64,000 nt of DNA, taken from NCBI RefSeq assembly GCF_036971445.1, contig NC_091472.1:63736001-63800000 (forward strand). Direction: 5' to 3'. The notes under the pieces are model-generated. The model did not search any database and was not told the origin of the DNA. It saw only the letters and a list, made by a program, of their open reading frames with translations. The position numbers and the translations under genes were made by a program. This document shows positions 13,067 to 24,541 of this stretch, piece by piece (within the stretch, counting starts at the first letter, position 1; the number at the start of each line of letters is the position of its first letter). Source of the stretch: Narcine bancroftii. Lineage: Eukaryota.

Positions 13067-14838
13067 AAACATATTTAATTGAAAAAGAGCATTTGAAATT
13101 AAAAGGAGATTGGGTGGGACATGTAAATATAATTAAATTCATTCAATTTTAAAGCAAGAGGGATAGTAATTTTGATTAAAAAGGTCCAGAATATTGTTAC
13201 AGACCTACAAATAGATAAGTAATGATATATTGTCAAATATTTTCAGAGATGTGGAGATTTTTAAATTTGTGTGCTCCAAACATTGATGATGAGAAATTTA
13301 TTCAGAATACCACATGAAAATATTTTTAATAGGAGGGGATTCCAATTTATGTTTATATCCATTGTTAGATAGGTCCACTTGAGTAACAACAAGAGCACAA
13401 GCTGCTGAAGCTACATTGGGTTTGATGAGAGATTGAATTTCATTAATGTATGGAGAAAAATTCACCCTAGAGATAAAGATTATTCATTTTATTCTAGTAG
13501 GTTTGATTCATATTCTGGAATTGATTTATTTTTGTTTCGGCTCAAATATAAACTAGGATTTTTGAAGCCGAGGATTTTATCAGATCATTGGCCTTTGTTA
13601 ATAACTATGGAAATGATTGATAAGAAAAAGTCAATATATAGATGGAGAATTCTTTATTGTTGAAAAAGAAAGATTTTTGTGATTTTGTTCAAAATGATAT
13701 AAGGATATTTTGTGCTATGTACTTGAATTCAATAAATGAAAAATTTATTATATAGGATGCTTTAAAGGCATATTTATGAGGGAAAATTATAAGTTTTACA
13801 TCTAAAATTAAAAAGGATTGTATGAGATAATTAAATCAATTAGAAAAATAAATTATAGTTTTGGAAAAGGAACTTCAAAAGTCTGTTTCTGAAGATAAAT
13901 GTGGATAACTGATCAATAAAAAAATTCAGTATAATACATTACAAACTTTTAGGATGAGAAAGTTATTATTAGGATGAGGCAAAGGTATTATGAATTAGGT
14001 GAGAGATCGCATAAAGTACTAGCTTGGCAATTGAAAGTGCCACAAACCTCAAGAACAATTAATGAAATTAAAAAAGATACTAACATAATTACTTATAAAC
14101 CTCAAGAAGTAAATGAATCTTTTAGAAATTTCTATATGAAATTATATACTTTGGAATTTTTAGGAAATTAAGCTAAAATAATTGATTATTTATCACAGAT
14201 AATAATACTGAGGTTAAGTTTAGAACAACAAACTGAACTTGATGTTCCATTTACTGAGGCAATGGAAGAGAAGCAATGAGCTCTTTACAAAGTAATAAAT
14301 CTCCAGGAGAAGTTAGTTTTCCATCTGAATTTTATAAAGAATTTAAGGATTTACTCATTCCAAAATATATGGAAGTACTAGATCAAGCCTCTTCTTCTCT
14401 CCCGGAATAATTTTTGATGGCAGTAATTACTGTGATTCCAAAAAAAGATAGAGACCCTTTAAAACTCTCATAGACTTATTTCATTTTAAAATTTTGATTA
14501 GAAAATAGTAGCAAAAGTTATAAATTAATTAATATGGGTCAGACAGGGTTTGTTTAAAAAAAAAGACAATCTTTAGACAATGTCGCTAGATTGCTTAGTA
14601 TACTTCATCTAGCAAAAAAAAGAGGTGATTTGAATGTTGCAGTGCCTTTAGAAGCAGAAAAACCATTTGATAAATTAGAGTGAAAATTTTTATTTAAGGT
14701 ATTAGAAAAGTTTGGATGTATATTTAACTTTTTAAATTGGATTAGAGCATTATATAATAGTGTTAAAGCTAAAGTAGTTACAAATGGGCAAGTGTCTAAG
14801 CCATTTAAGTTAACGAGATCAAGTAGACAAGTATTTGT
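13067..14838 (+). mobile_element. L1 element A ORF2 resumed (endonuclease to RT domain, broken at RSSRQ)
   Basis: Resumes at the QETHL position where the element broke at 5200 (…IEKEHLKLKGDWVGH); SDHWPL; YYELGERSHKVLAWQL. Confidence 0.8.
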
Positions 14839-16114
14839 TGATGCATCGAATAACTAGAAACCACAAAGTGGTATTCTTTGATGAATGCTTTATTGTTAAA
14901 TTTAACAATACAATGTATAACAGGAGCCCCTGGAAATTATGTCCACCACTAGCCAAGCTCCATCTCCATTTTTAACTAGCGTGCTTCGCATGGACTTGCG
15001 CATGTACAATTGTGTCATAGTGAGTACAGTGGCTGCACCGGGTACAGACAACCAATCGAATCAGCTGTCTACATCCCCTTTCTTGGGCAACCCCCTTCAT
15101 ATACCACAATCCATGTAGGTGTCGTACATTACAATAATTATAGTTCAGCAGTGAGCAGTCATCCCAGATTAATCCTAATATTTTGGGTGGGGCTTACAAG
15201 TGAGCCTGAAGCATGTTATGTAGGTGGAAGTGGATATTTGGGGTGCTTCAGCTTGAAAGGATGTGCTACCTGTGATCACAGGTTGTGGCCATTTGTTTCA
15301 TGGGTTGTTACTGAGGGAGCTCTGGCTACCCCGGGTTCATGTTTTATAGTGTCATCAGGAATGATTTGGGATGGGGGTGGCTGGTTTTTAGTTTAATCAG
15401 GAATGGTTTGGGATGGGGGTAGCTCCTTAATGGGTAGGATGTGTCCATGGTTTCTCCAATACACCCTTCTTTCTGATTTTATCAGGTATGACCTGGGCTC
15501 CTGGCAGCTCCTTTCTACTATGCCATATGGTCATATCCTTATGGCTTGCTCTTCTGCTAATGGCATGAGCGGTCAGCTGTTTCTGTCATAGCATCTTTTC
15601 TGCATTAGCTTCCTGTTCAGCAGTTGAGATTTAATGTCTTGCAGGTTCTTTAACTGAAGCTCCAAGAGTCTCTTTGCCACAGGCACAGTCGTCCGTGTCT
15701 GGCTGGACATAAGTGTGTGCCAGAGAGCCCAATGTGGTGTCACCGGGGGTGTTCCTTAGGTTCAGCAGATTTAGGAACATATCCATATTTTCCCTGTGGG
15801 ACTTCTCCATGAGTTGCTTTGCGTTCTTCACGCCTCTTTCAGCCAACCTGTTAGACTGTGGGTCCTCTGAGCTGCTAATGATGTGGTTGAAATCCCATGT
15901 GGTTGCAAAGTGTCTGAACTTCTTACTGGTGAACCGATAGCAGAGTGTGGGGTGCCCCATGCACTGAAGAGTGTCTCTTTAACTTGATAACAACTACCTA
16001 TGAGGTGACGTTGGGTAAAAGGTCTATCTCAAAACATCCAGAGTATGAATCGACAAATATTGTTGACCGTGCCATTCGGAGATGTCTGTTGCCACGGTTA
16101 ACCAGGAAGGGTGA

Positions 16115-17877
16115 AGCTGCAGCTGCTCTTTCTGTTGGAAACAAATTTGTGTATTTCAAAGGTAATTCTTTCAACTGCATCAAAATGACCTAATTTATCT
16201 TCCACAGTTTTCTTCAGAGTAAAATCCATATAAGATTGATTCCATGTTTTCACCAAACTCCTAAATTTTTGCCTATATGCCTCTGGAACCAACTCATAAG
16301 CTTTCAATACTGCTTGCTTAACAGGATCATAATTTGCCACCTGCTCTGCAGTCAAGCTAGAGTATGCAAACTGTAATTTTCCTTTCAATACCCTTTGAAG
16401 CATATGAGGCCATTTTTCTTTTGGCCATCTTGAGCTCTCAGCAACCTTTTCAAAAAGCTGAAAATATGTATCTATATCTCCCTCATCAAAAGGATGCACT
16501 AGATTTACCTCTCTACTAGCCAAAAACGTCTCCCCAGGAGTTACAGCCTTGGCTCTCTTACCTTTCTCTATATCCATTATTCTCTAACTGAAACTGTCTG
16601 TGCCTTTCAGCTACCTCTAACTCATACTTCCTCCATTTTTCAGCTTCTTCTGTCTCATATTGTTGTCTCTGCAACTCAAAATTACATTTCTCCCTCTCTT
16701 CTTGCACCCTCAATTTCTCTCTTCTTGCATTCTCAATTTCTCCAATTCCAATTGCAATTCACAAGATATATTCTCTGGAAAATTTTCTAAGTCTTCCTCA
16801 ACAAATTTTCCTTCACTTATATAATATTTCACTATAATCTTCTGTATTTGTATTTTTCTCATCCAATATTTAACTTCAGCAATTTTCAATGCCTTAGAAA
16901 TAGCCATTAGTTCCTCTTTTCTCATGCTCTGCAGCTTTGCAGGTGATTGTTGTATCAAAAATGTATCCACATCCATTGCTGCTGTTTTTCCAGCACCATT
17001 TTTAAGTTAGCTTGCAAAAATTCCAGACACAATAGCTTGCAAACAAAAAACTCAATCAACTAATAAATCATCAAATTGCAATGGTCAAATCCTAAACGAC
17101 GAGCCCCCATAAAATGTTACGGAGTGCGGAGGACCCTAAAATCCAGCAGCAATAGATATGCACCACGACACAGGGTTACTTAAATAAAAGTAGTTTTTAA
17201 TTATATATGAACAAGAAAACAGAATTGAACTTTAACTTATTACTTAACCTACCTAACTACTTAATCCCCCTCCATTAACACTAAGCGCAGGTGTGTGTAA
17301 TTAAGATTAGAAAAGTTCTTTGGATCACAATCCAATCTCACTGGTTGCAGGCAATTCTTGTACTGTGCACAGAAGTTAGCATAAACAAAGTTCACCAGTC
17401 TGTGGTGCTTAACAGGCAAATGGTTACCACTCAGGAGGGTTCTTGCTGGTTTTCAGAGATCAATTCCTTTTCCAGGACATCCACAACTGATTACTTCTCA
17501 ATCAGTCTTGCTGATGAAACTTGCCCCCTTCAGGGTTCTCCAGATGATCCTCTTTCTTTCAGGTCACCTTTCTCACTGCCAGTCTTCTCCTTTGACCAGG
17601 CAGCCTTCCAAAGTTTGCCAGCTTGTCCTTCTGGAACTAATTTCTGTGTCCTCTCTCTCTCTCTCTCTCTCTCTCTGTTTCACACCTTCCCTCTCTGAGA
17701 GTAAAACTCTTCTCTCCTCTGTCTGCAAAGATTACATGCTCTCCCAGGCAAGCTGCTGACGATACTTTGTTGCCTCCTGCAAAAAGCATTCTGCAAAAGT
17801 CCTGCAAATATTATGTGTGTGTGCAAGCTGCTTTAACAATTCCTCCCAACCACTCTGTCACCAAATACTCTGTCACG
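16115..17877 (-). mobile_element. Gypsy LTR retrotransposon 2 (Gmr1-like, SCAN-related gag): 5' LTR at 17115-17877, PBS and gag, inserted in Gypsy 1
   Basis: Gag FDEGDIDTYFQLFEKVA...WP..KW...VLKAYELVPEAYRQKFR; LTR similar to the solo LTR at 26651-27665. Confidence 0.85.
17098..17109 (-). promoter_or_regulatory. Primer-binding site complementary to the tRNA-Pro 3' end
   Basis: Minus strand TGGGGGCTCGTC, 5 nt downstream of the LTR's terminal CA; matches the first 12 nt of the canonical tRNA-Pro PBS TGGGGGCTCGTCCGGGAT. Confidence 0.88.
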
Positions 17878-19345
17878 CTGGCATTTCATTAATTGCTCTT
17901 GTCTTTGAAGAGTCTGCCTTTAGGCCTTCTGTGAAAATATGGCCTACATAACTGACCGAAATCTGCACTTACGGGGGTTGAGCTTAAGATTAACCTTGCG
18001 GGCTTTTTAAAATTTTTTAAATTTATGTCATGTTCTTCCAAGTCTTTGCAACCTACAAGTATGTCATCAACAATGATGGCACAGAGATTCCATTCAAAGA
18101 TTTGCGCTATTAATCTTTACAATATTTCACTGGCTGAATTGATTCCAAATGGCATTCGCAGGAATATGTATTGGCCGAAACTTGTGCTGAATGTGGTCAA
18201 CAGTGATGATTTGTAGTCAAGTTTGATTTGCCAGAAGAAAAAACAGTTGTGTTGGCCATCTGCATGGCAACTTCCTCCACAGTACGGATTGGATGGTGTG
18301 GTCATTTTAAAGCTGTATTGATGTCTCTTGGGCCAATGCAGATCTGGATCTCCCATCCATCTTTTTTCTTAGCAGCCACCATGGAGGTCACCCACTCGGT
18401 TCATTGCTATCGGTATACCGCGTGCCAGATGAACCATGGGCCTCACTTCTGGGTTGAACCACATGGAGTAGGTCACTGGCAGTTTTCCCATTTCTTCCCT
18501 AAAAAGGTCACAGTACTCAGTAAAGATTCTATGCGTCAGATCATCTTCAGCCATACTTATCTGGTGTACCTCTCTGCTGAACGAAACAAGACCTATGTCT
18601 ATCCTTGCGCTCAGGCCCAGCAGAGGCAGGACCTTTTCTTGGACTATGGGAAAAGTTTGTATGTGTAGCTGTCCTTGATCATAGCAACGCAGTCACACTA
18701 TGCCATCGGTTCTAATTTTGCTGCCCTCATATGCCACTAGACTTGTGGACTTGGAGCATGGTATGACCTGTTCTGACTTCATCAGTAGGTTGAACGTTCT
18801 TCGTGACATGACATTGCACTTATTCCAGTGTCAACTTTCATGTCTGTTGCTTTAGCATTGATCTTCATTGTTACAAATGCTTCAATATTTCTTCTGATTC
18901 TTGTTGGGTCTCCTGCCGTCTGCAGAGTCAATCCATCAAAGTAATACTCATCATACGAGTTGATTTTCCTTGCTCAGGTTCCAACTGGTTAATCATCCTT
19001 CTGTATCTGAGTCTCAGGGTGAGTGGCTGCCTAGCTCTGTAGCATCTGGCTTGTTCTGCCCTGCTGGCTGAATGCCAGGCACATCTCTCGTCTTGCCACA
19101 TGGTCGCCATCGCAGTTGCCACACTCCGTCCTGGGTGAGAATGTAGCAGGGCTTGGTTGCCACTGCCTGTTCACAGGTCCCACCTGGACTGCATCTATGC
19201 TTGTGCCTTGCTGCTGTGGAGGAGCTACTTTTCTGCTGTTCTCTTCCATGGTTTCATAAGCCAGGCACATGGAGATGGCCTTTGCAAATGTTAGTTCATT
19301 GTCACACAGCAGTGCCTTTCTCATCCTTTTATCCATCTAGCCCTG

Positions 19346-19658
19346 CAGAATTCTCCTCTATATGCTTATGTTGGAATTGATGAGTTGTACTGTGCAACAT
19401 CTCTCTCTGCAATCCAAAGATTTATTTTTTTAAAATTTTCTCTTTTCTTCTTCTTGTCATTTTGTACCTATAATTTTTTTAAACTTTTTCCAATTTGTAT
19501 ATTTTTTTGGGGGGGAGGTTGTGTGGGAGGGAGGAATTTTGGTGTGGGGTGAAAACCATCATGTATGTAATCGATTTGTTCCTTTTTTTGATATCTGTAC
19601 TATTATATAATAATTGTGGTTTCTCCATGTATGGAATATTAAATAAAATATATTTTTA
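19346..19658 (+). mobile_element. L1 3' UTR (probably the end of element A)
   Basis: T-rich then G-rich tract, followed by AATAAA and an A-tail, the same architecture as the 3' ends of L1 B and C. Confidence 0.65.
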
Positions 19659-20186
19659 AATGAAGAAGGCTTGCCAGCAGCTATACTTCGTTAGGAATTT
19701 GTGGAGACTTAGTATGTTAAAAAAAAGTTACCTCTTTCTATGCCTGTACAGTGGAAAGCATTCTGACTGGATGCATCACTGGTATGGTGGTGCCAATGCA
19801 CAATACAGGAAAAGGCTGAGTTGTGAACTCAGCCAGCGCTATTATGGGAACTAGACTTCACTCCATTAAGGACATCTACAAGAGGTGATGTCTGAAAGAA
19901 AGCAGCCTCTATCAAGAAGGACTCTCACCACCCAGGCCATGCCCTCTTCTCACTGCTACCATCAGGAAGAAGGTACAGGAGCCTGAAGACAAGCACCCAA
20001 CTGTACAAAAACAGCTACATCTCTTTCACCATCAGATTTCTGAATAGACAATGGAACACAGACATAACCTAATTTTTTCTTTTCTTTTACACTAATTTAC
20101 TTTTATAGCAATTTTTACACCTGTAATGCTGCATCAAATCAATGAATTTCATGACATGTTCATGACAATAAATTCTGAATCTGATC
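19659..20186 (+). mobile_element. Rex1/Babar LINE 3' end (continuation of 1573-3631)
   Basis: [14 protein letters not shown] follows DDLSW after only about 20 nt in the copy at 52140-52210; tail aataaattctgaatctga. Confidence 0.88.
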
Positions 20187-20544
20187 TTAAATTTTACACT
20201 CCAGAAAGCTAAGGAGAAAATATATTGACATTCCATTGTTGTCCTTTATTATTCCGTACACCAAGTTTAACTTACCACTTGCACATTAATCAGGCTTGCT
20301 CTAACAACCTGAAAAATTCTAACAACTACTTAAATATTAAATGTAATCAAAAGTCGACATAAGGACCATAGATATTATTGAAACATATTTTATGAATAAA
20401 AAGTTGATGGATACAATTATTTTGACAGAAAGAGAGAGAGAGAAAAAACAAAGATAAAAACATAGCATCGGGGGTGGAAGGGTAGATTGATCTTGAAACA
20501 ATTTTCAGTGTACCCACAAAATGATATGAAATTATAGGATTAAA

Positions 20545-20690
20545 CAAGAAGTTTGCAGATGCTGGGAGTGAAGAAAATAACCAGTATAAAGAGGAGAGGT
20601 AAAATTGGGTCTAGTAGGTGATAGGTGGACTGAAGAAGGATAAAGACTGATTGGCAAATAGAGCTAGGAGGGAGAATTATGGAATTGAAT
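20545..20690. mobile_element. Possible small Penelope terminal-repeat fragment
   Basis: tgcagatgctgg followed by a purine-rich tract, similar in style to 62730-63050. Confidence 0.35.
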
Positions 20691-20771
20691 CTCAAGGACA
20701 ATAATACTGCATTTAGCAGTCTAAAAAAACAGATCTTGTATGTAGTATTATAATTTTTGTTCTGTTTTGAA

Positions 20772-20799
20772 CTAACTGTTTTTTGAAACTGTCACAAAG
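20772..20799 (+). promoter_or_regulatory. Branch point and 3' splice site of a CIMIP6 exon
   Basis: CTAAC at 20772-20776, a T tract, and AG at 20798-20799. A second in-frame AG at 20806-20807 is less consistent with the homology. Confidence 0.7.
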
Positions 20800-20915
20800 T
20801 TCCACAGATGGATACCAGTGAATTAATTGCTCCACCAAAGGTTTATCGAGAATACATAAGTTTCATTCATCAATATGATTCAAGAAAGTATCCAAATGAA
20901 TCCATCAGAGGAAAG
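20800..20915 (+). CDS. CIMIP6: Penultimate coding exon of ciliary microtubule inner protein 6 (C2orf73 orthologue)
   Basis: AG|TTCCACAG...GGAAAG|GTAAGG. Reads (V)[38 protein letters not shown], colinear with recalled human C2orf73 [39 protein letters not shown]. Too short to appear in the ORF track. Confidence 0.88.
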
Positions 20916-21879
20916 GTAAGGCAAGATTTATGGGTATAACTTTGTCCACCCTCTGTATTAAATATTATTTGAGTAAATACTGAAGTAAAATCAATGCACA
21001 TTCTTGGACAAGATCTAGATAAGATGCACCAAAGAACTTCTTTGAAGTCTTAACACTTTTAAAATAGAGTCTGGTGTGTAACTAAGCCTTAAAACTTTAA
21101 AAGGTTTCACCTTAAACCAATCAGAGATGAATGATTACAGCATGGCAACATGAGCCAAAAAACAGGGCTCTAAAGAATAAACCAAAAACACTTAAAGAAA
21201 AGGGAGAGAGCCAAGTAATCTCCCATAATATTCAAAAGAAGATTGGTAATATTTGGCATGCATTGATGTTTAGCAGAAACAGTATTGATGTGCTACTGTT
21301 GCTTCCAGTAAGCTAGCAAAATATTTCCTTTATACAAGTTTTTGTTTATTTTTCCAAGTTGGAATATATATTGATAATCTTGTTATGTGGAAGTTTTCCA
21401 ATATCTTTTCCGCACTATGGTACAGATATCAAACAGGATTTTTGTTCATTGAATGTTTTGAAAGTCTGGTCCCATCAAAAAAATCTCTATGAGTTTAGTT
21501 TTCCTCATAAAGTACACAACCATTACTGCTCATCTTGAGTACAGCCCAGATGTGGTGGATGGAGAATAAAATATAATGTTTTTCAACCATTTTAATAAGA
21601 ATTGGTAGGTCTGACAGCCATATGAGATGAAGATGAAATTGCTTTAAGAAGATAGTTCCATTGGAGTCAACTTAGAGTAATTTATTAAGCTTCACTTGTG
21701 CTGCTTACAATACTGAAAGCTATGAGTGGTGTCCAGGGGCAGGATATGAAAGCAACAAGAATCACTGTAGATGTTGCTACCCCACATGTGAAGTACACAA
21801 TTGGTATTTTACATAGCTCCTTTGTTATTATAAAATGCTTCATGGCAAACCAGATCATGAGCAAACAAAAATAAAGAAT

Positions 21880-22010
21880 GAAGCAAATAAGATATTAAAA
21901 TGGATGACAAGCTTCAAAGGCAGAGGCTTTAAGGATCATCTCAAAGGACATGGGCAGCAAGGTGGAAATAATAAATTCCATAACTTAGAGTCTCAGTTGC
22001 TGAAGTTTCA
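21880..22010 (-). mobile_element. Old L2-type LINE 3' fragment
   Basis: ctttaaggatcatctcaaagga...aattccataacttagag...gctgaag resembles the reverse complement of an L2 3' end; heavily diverged. Confidence 0.4.
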
Positions 22011-24063
22011 ATCCTCAAGTGAAGCAAACATCCAACTACACTTGGGTTAAGAATACAATTTCAGCACCCTCATATCAATCTTGCTGAAAATATATGCAAC
22101 ATAATTTAACAAAGACATCAATGTTTTTCCAAATGTATTAACCGAACACTGCAATACTCCCACTTACCCAACAAAATTACTGTGTGGTTTTAAAAGTAAC
22201 AAAATATAGGAATAAAGAGTTAAAAAATAAATTTGTACAAAGCAAACATGATGACAAAATTAGTTTTGGAGAGCCCATATAGAAAGTAGTCAAAGCTATT
22301 GAAAGTAAACTAGTTTCAAGCCCAGTACAAGAAACTCTTTTGAGGAAAGAACTGAGACCAGTTTCTCTGATGCAGGCAAGGAAATAAAATAAATCTGTTT
22401 ACTCTTGTTCAGGGGTAAATATAGTTAATTTTAAAGTGTATATTGAGACCAAGATCCTGTCAAGGTGTAAATTTAACTTGCTGGTTGGATCAACTGTTTC
22501 CTTTGGAAAATAACCTATAGCACCTGATGTTCTTCATGCAAGAACAAAATAAACCTGGATCACCTTAACTGGCCCTTCAGAGGAAGTGTGTGATGAATAT
22601 TGACTTGTTGCTTCTCTTGCTCCCTTGTGAGTTTAAGACAAGTTTATTTGCACTGATCATTATTAAAAGATGTGATTCTCTATCACAGGGGATAGCTGAG
22701 ATGAAGATCATCTTTATGGGAACATGTAAGGAAGCAGTTAAATGTGGTGATAAAAAGGCCTGGGGCAAAAATGAAAGCAATAGGTTTAATGCTGGCTTTC
22801 ATCAGCAAAGAAATGATGCAAACTTGACAAGGTGAATTATTTCCTTTTAAATGTTTATGGTTCATTGGTTATGCCATAACTTTAAGTCCTAAACAATGAA
22901 AAACATTTTTTTGATAATCAAAAACAGTATCTATTACTACTGTTGGGATTGTAACTCAATTTTTTTGGATGGCTGGTAATTTAACCTTAGAAGCTACATG
23001 GGTTAGAGGATTATTTTTGTTATCTGCAGCAAACATAATGGTGCTTGAGACACATATATGGATTCTTATATCATAGGATTAATAGATTTTGTACTGAATA
23101 CTGTTCATTCAAGTGTTTAACATTCATTGAATTGTATTTTGATTACAAGAGCAGGCATTAATCTAGTTGTTGTCTACAAATGAAGTGGTGCCATGTGGTT
23201 CAATATTATAGGCTTCAATCACAGCTTTTGTGCAAGACTCTCATCTCGCTGCATTTATCTAAATTTCAGTAAATTAACTTACAGGAGAATAAACCAATGT
23301 TGAATAAAAGGAAAATATCTGGAATCTTATAAACAAATATTACAATTATCAACTGAGAGACAATATGAAGAAGCGAGAACTTGCAATTTGAGCTAATAAA
23401 TATCTATGTCCAATACTGTCTTTTGGTTATGTTGAAAATATGGAATACAATTCTTAATAACATGGTAAAACTATCCCAAATTTCTCCAGATATGGGGTAC
23501 TAACCTCAATACTGATATACATTTTCAAATTGCCCTTGGAGTGACCCAGAAACAGACTATTTTTTAAAATCCTGTAAACAATGCATTTTATTTCCATTTA
23601 TGTGAAATACACCCAAAAGAATGATGATCAAAACTCAGTTATTAATATTGTACGTCTGGCCACAAAAATAATTCAGGAAATGGTATCCATGGGAACCCCT
23701 GATGCAAGATATGAAATCTAATTGTGACAATCACACACAGTATAATTTTCAAGTTACATGCATTGAGATCTAAATGTCAGAAATGTTCAGATTGTAACAA
23801 AATAAAGGCCTCTTTTTGTTTGGTAATTTCAAAGCCAAGTTCTTAATTTCAAACTTTCCATTATTATATTTTATGAATAAGTTGAGCTGACAGAATATCC
23901 ATTATCTGCTAGTTGAAGATAACTGAGCCATGGTTGACAGCCAGTGGTGAGGAAGAAGCAAGTGAGTGCCAGCACTTGAACTAATAAATGAACTCGGCCT
24001 ACAGCTGCATCCACAAGATTCCTGTGTTCCGCTTGTTAAAGCTCAATTTGTTTCCCTTTCTAG

Positions 24064-24141
24064 CGTCATGGAGCCTTTGTGTGCACAGAGATAAACTCAC
24101 CAAGTGGAAAGATAGCTCCCAGAGGAGCAGAAACATTCTGA
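24064..24141 (+). CDS. CIMIP6: Last coding exon of CIMIP6 (C2orf73), up to the first in-frame stop (TGA 24139-24141)
   Basis: Polypyrimidine acceptor tttgtttccctttctAG. Phase 0 joins ...IRGK to RHGAFVCTEINSPSGKIAPRGAETF*, compared with recalled human [25 protein letters not shown]. Confidence 0.88.
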   Translation, partial: RHGAFVCTEINSPSGKIAPRGAETF

Positions 24142-24535
24142 GTTACTGGAGGGTCACATTCATTGGAACATTTAAAAGAGAAAGGAAATTTAGGGAAAAA
24201 CATATTAGCCTCGCCCAGGCCCAGATCGACAAATTCTCAACAGATGCTGTGTTCTGGAACATATTATCAAAACCAGATCCAGAGAAAGCAGCCAGTGGAT
24301 ATCCCAGAATTCCTGCTGAAGGACAAAGTAGCTTAGTCACTGGGAGATGAAGCAAGAAGTGGACTCTGACAGCAGCAGCAGTTTGCTGTGGATCCGACAT
24401 TATCAACAAAACATTAATAATGCTAGTAAAATGTTGCCTCCATCGCCTCCAGACCAAATTTGTGGTTGCAAACATCTTCACTTGTTCCTGTCAACAATAA
24501 TAACACCATTTGCAAACAGACATCAATCAGGAATT

Positions 24536-24541
24536 AATAAA
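24536..24541 (+). terminator. Candidate polyadenylation signal of CIMIP6
   Basis: First AATAAA I found downstream of the last coding exon. Confidence 0.5.

Larger units (their letters stand above)
14839..19345 (-). mobile_element. Gypsy LTR retrotransposon 1 (Mag-like): gag-PR-RT-IN relic with 3' LTR at 14839-15073; 5' LTR lost
   Basis: Zn-knuckle remnant CGNC; protease KVDTG; RT TFSTSFGQYIFLRMPFGI and IIVDDI; integrase PQSNRLAERGV; PPT aagaaagggga at 15074-15084 abutting the TG start of the LTR. Confidence 0.88.

Noticed and set aside
16098-16976. Host SCAN-domain or domesticated gag gene
   Set aside because: It sits behind an LTR and PBS, is interrupted by stops or frameshifts, and is truncated by deletion.
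24345-24400. SECIS element that would recode the CIMIP6 TGA as selenocysteine (ATGA followed by a partial gcaa/ttgc stem)
   Set aside because: The 3' side reads TGTG rather than NGAN, there is no apical AA motif, and the aligned human residue is Leu, not Cys.
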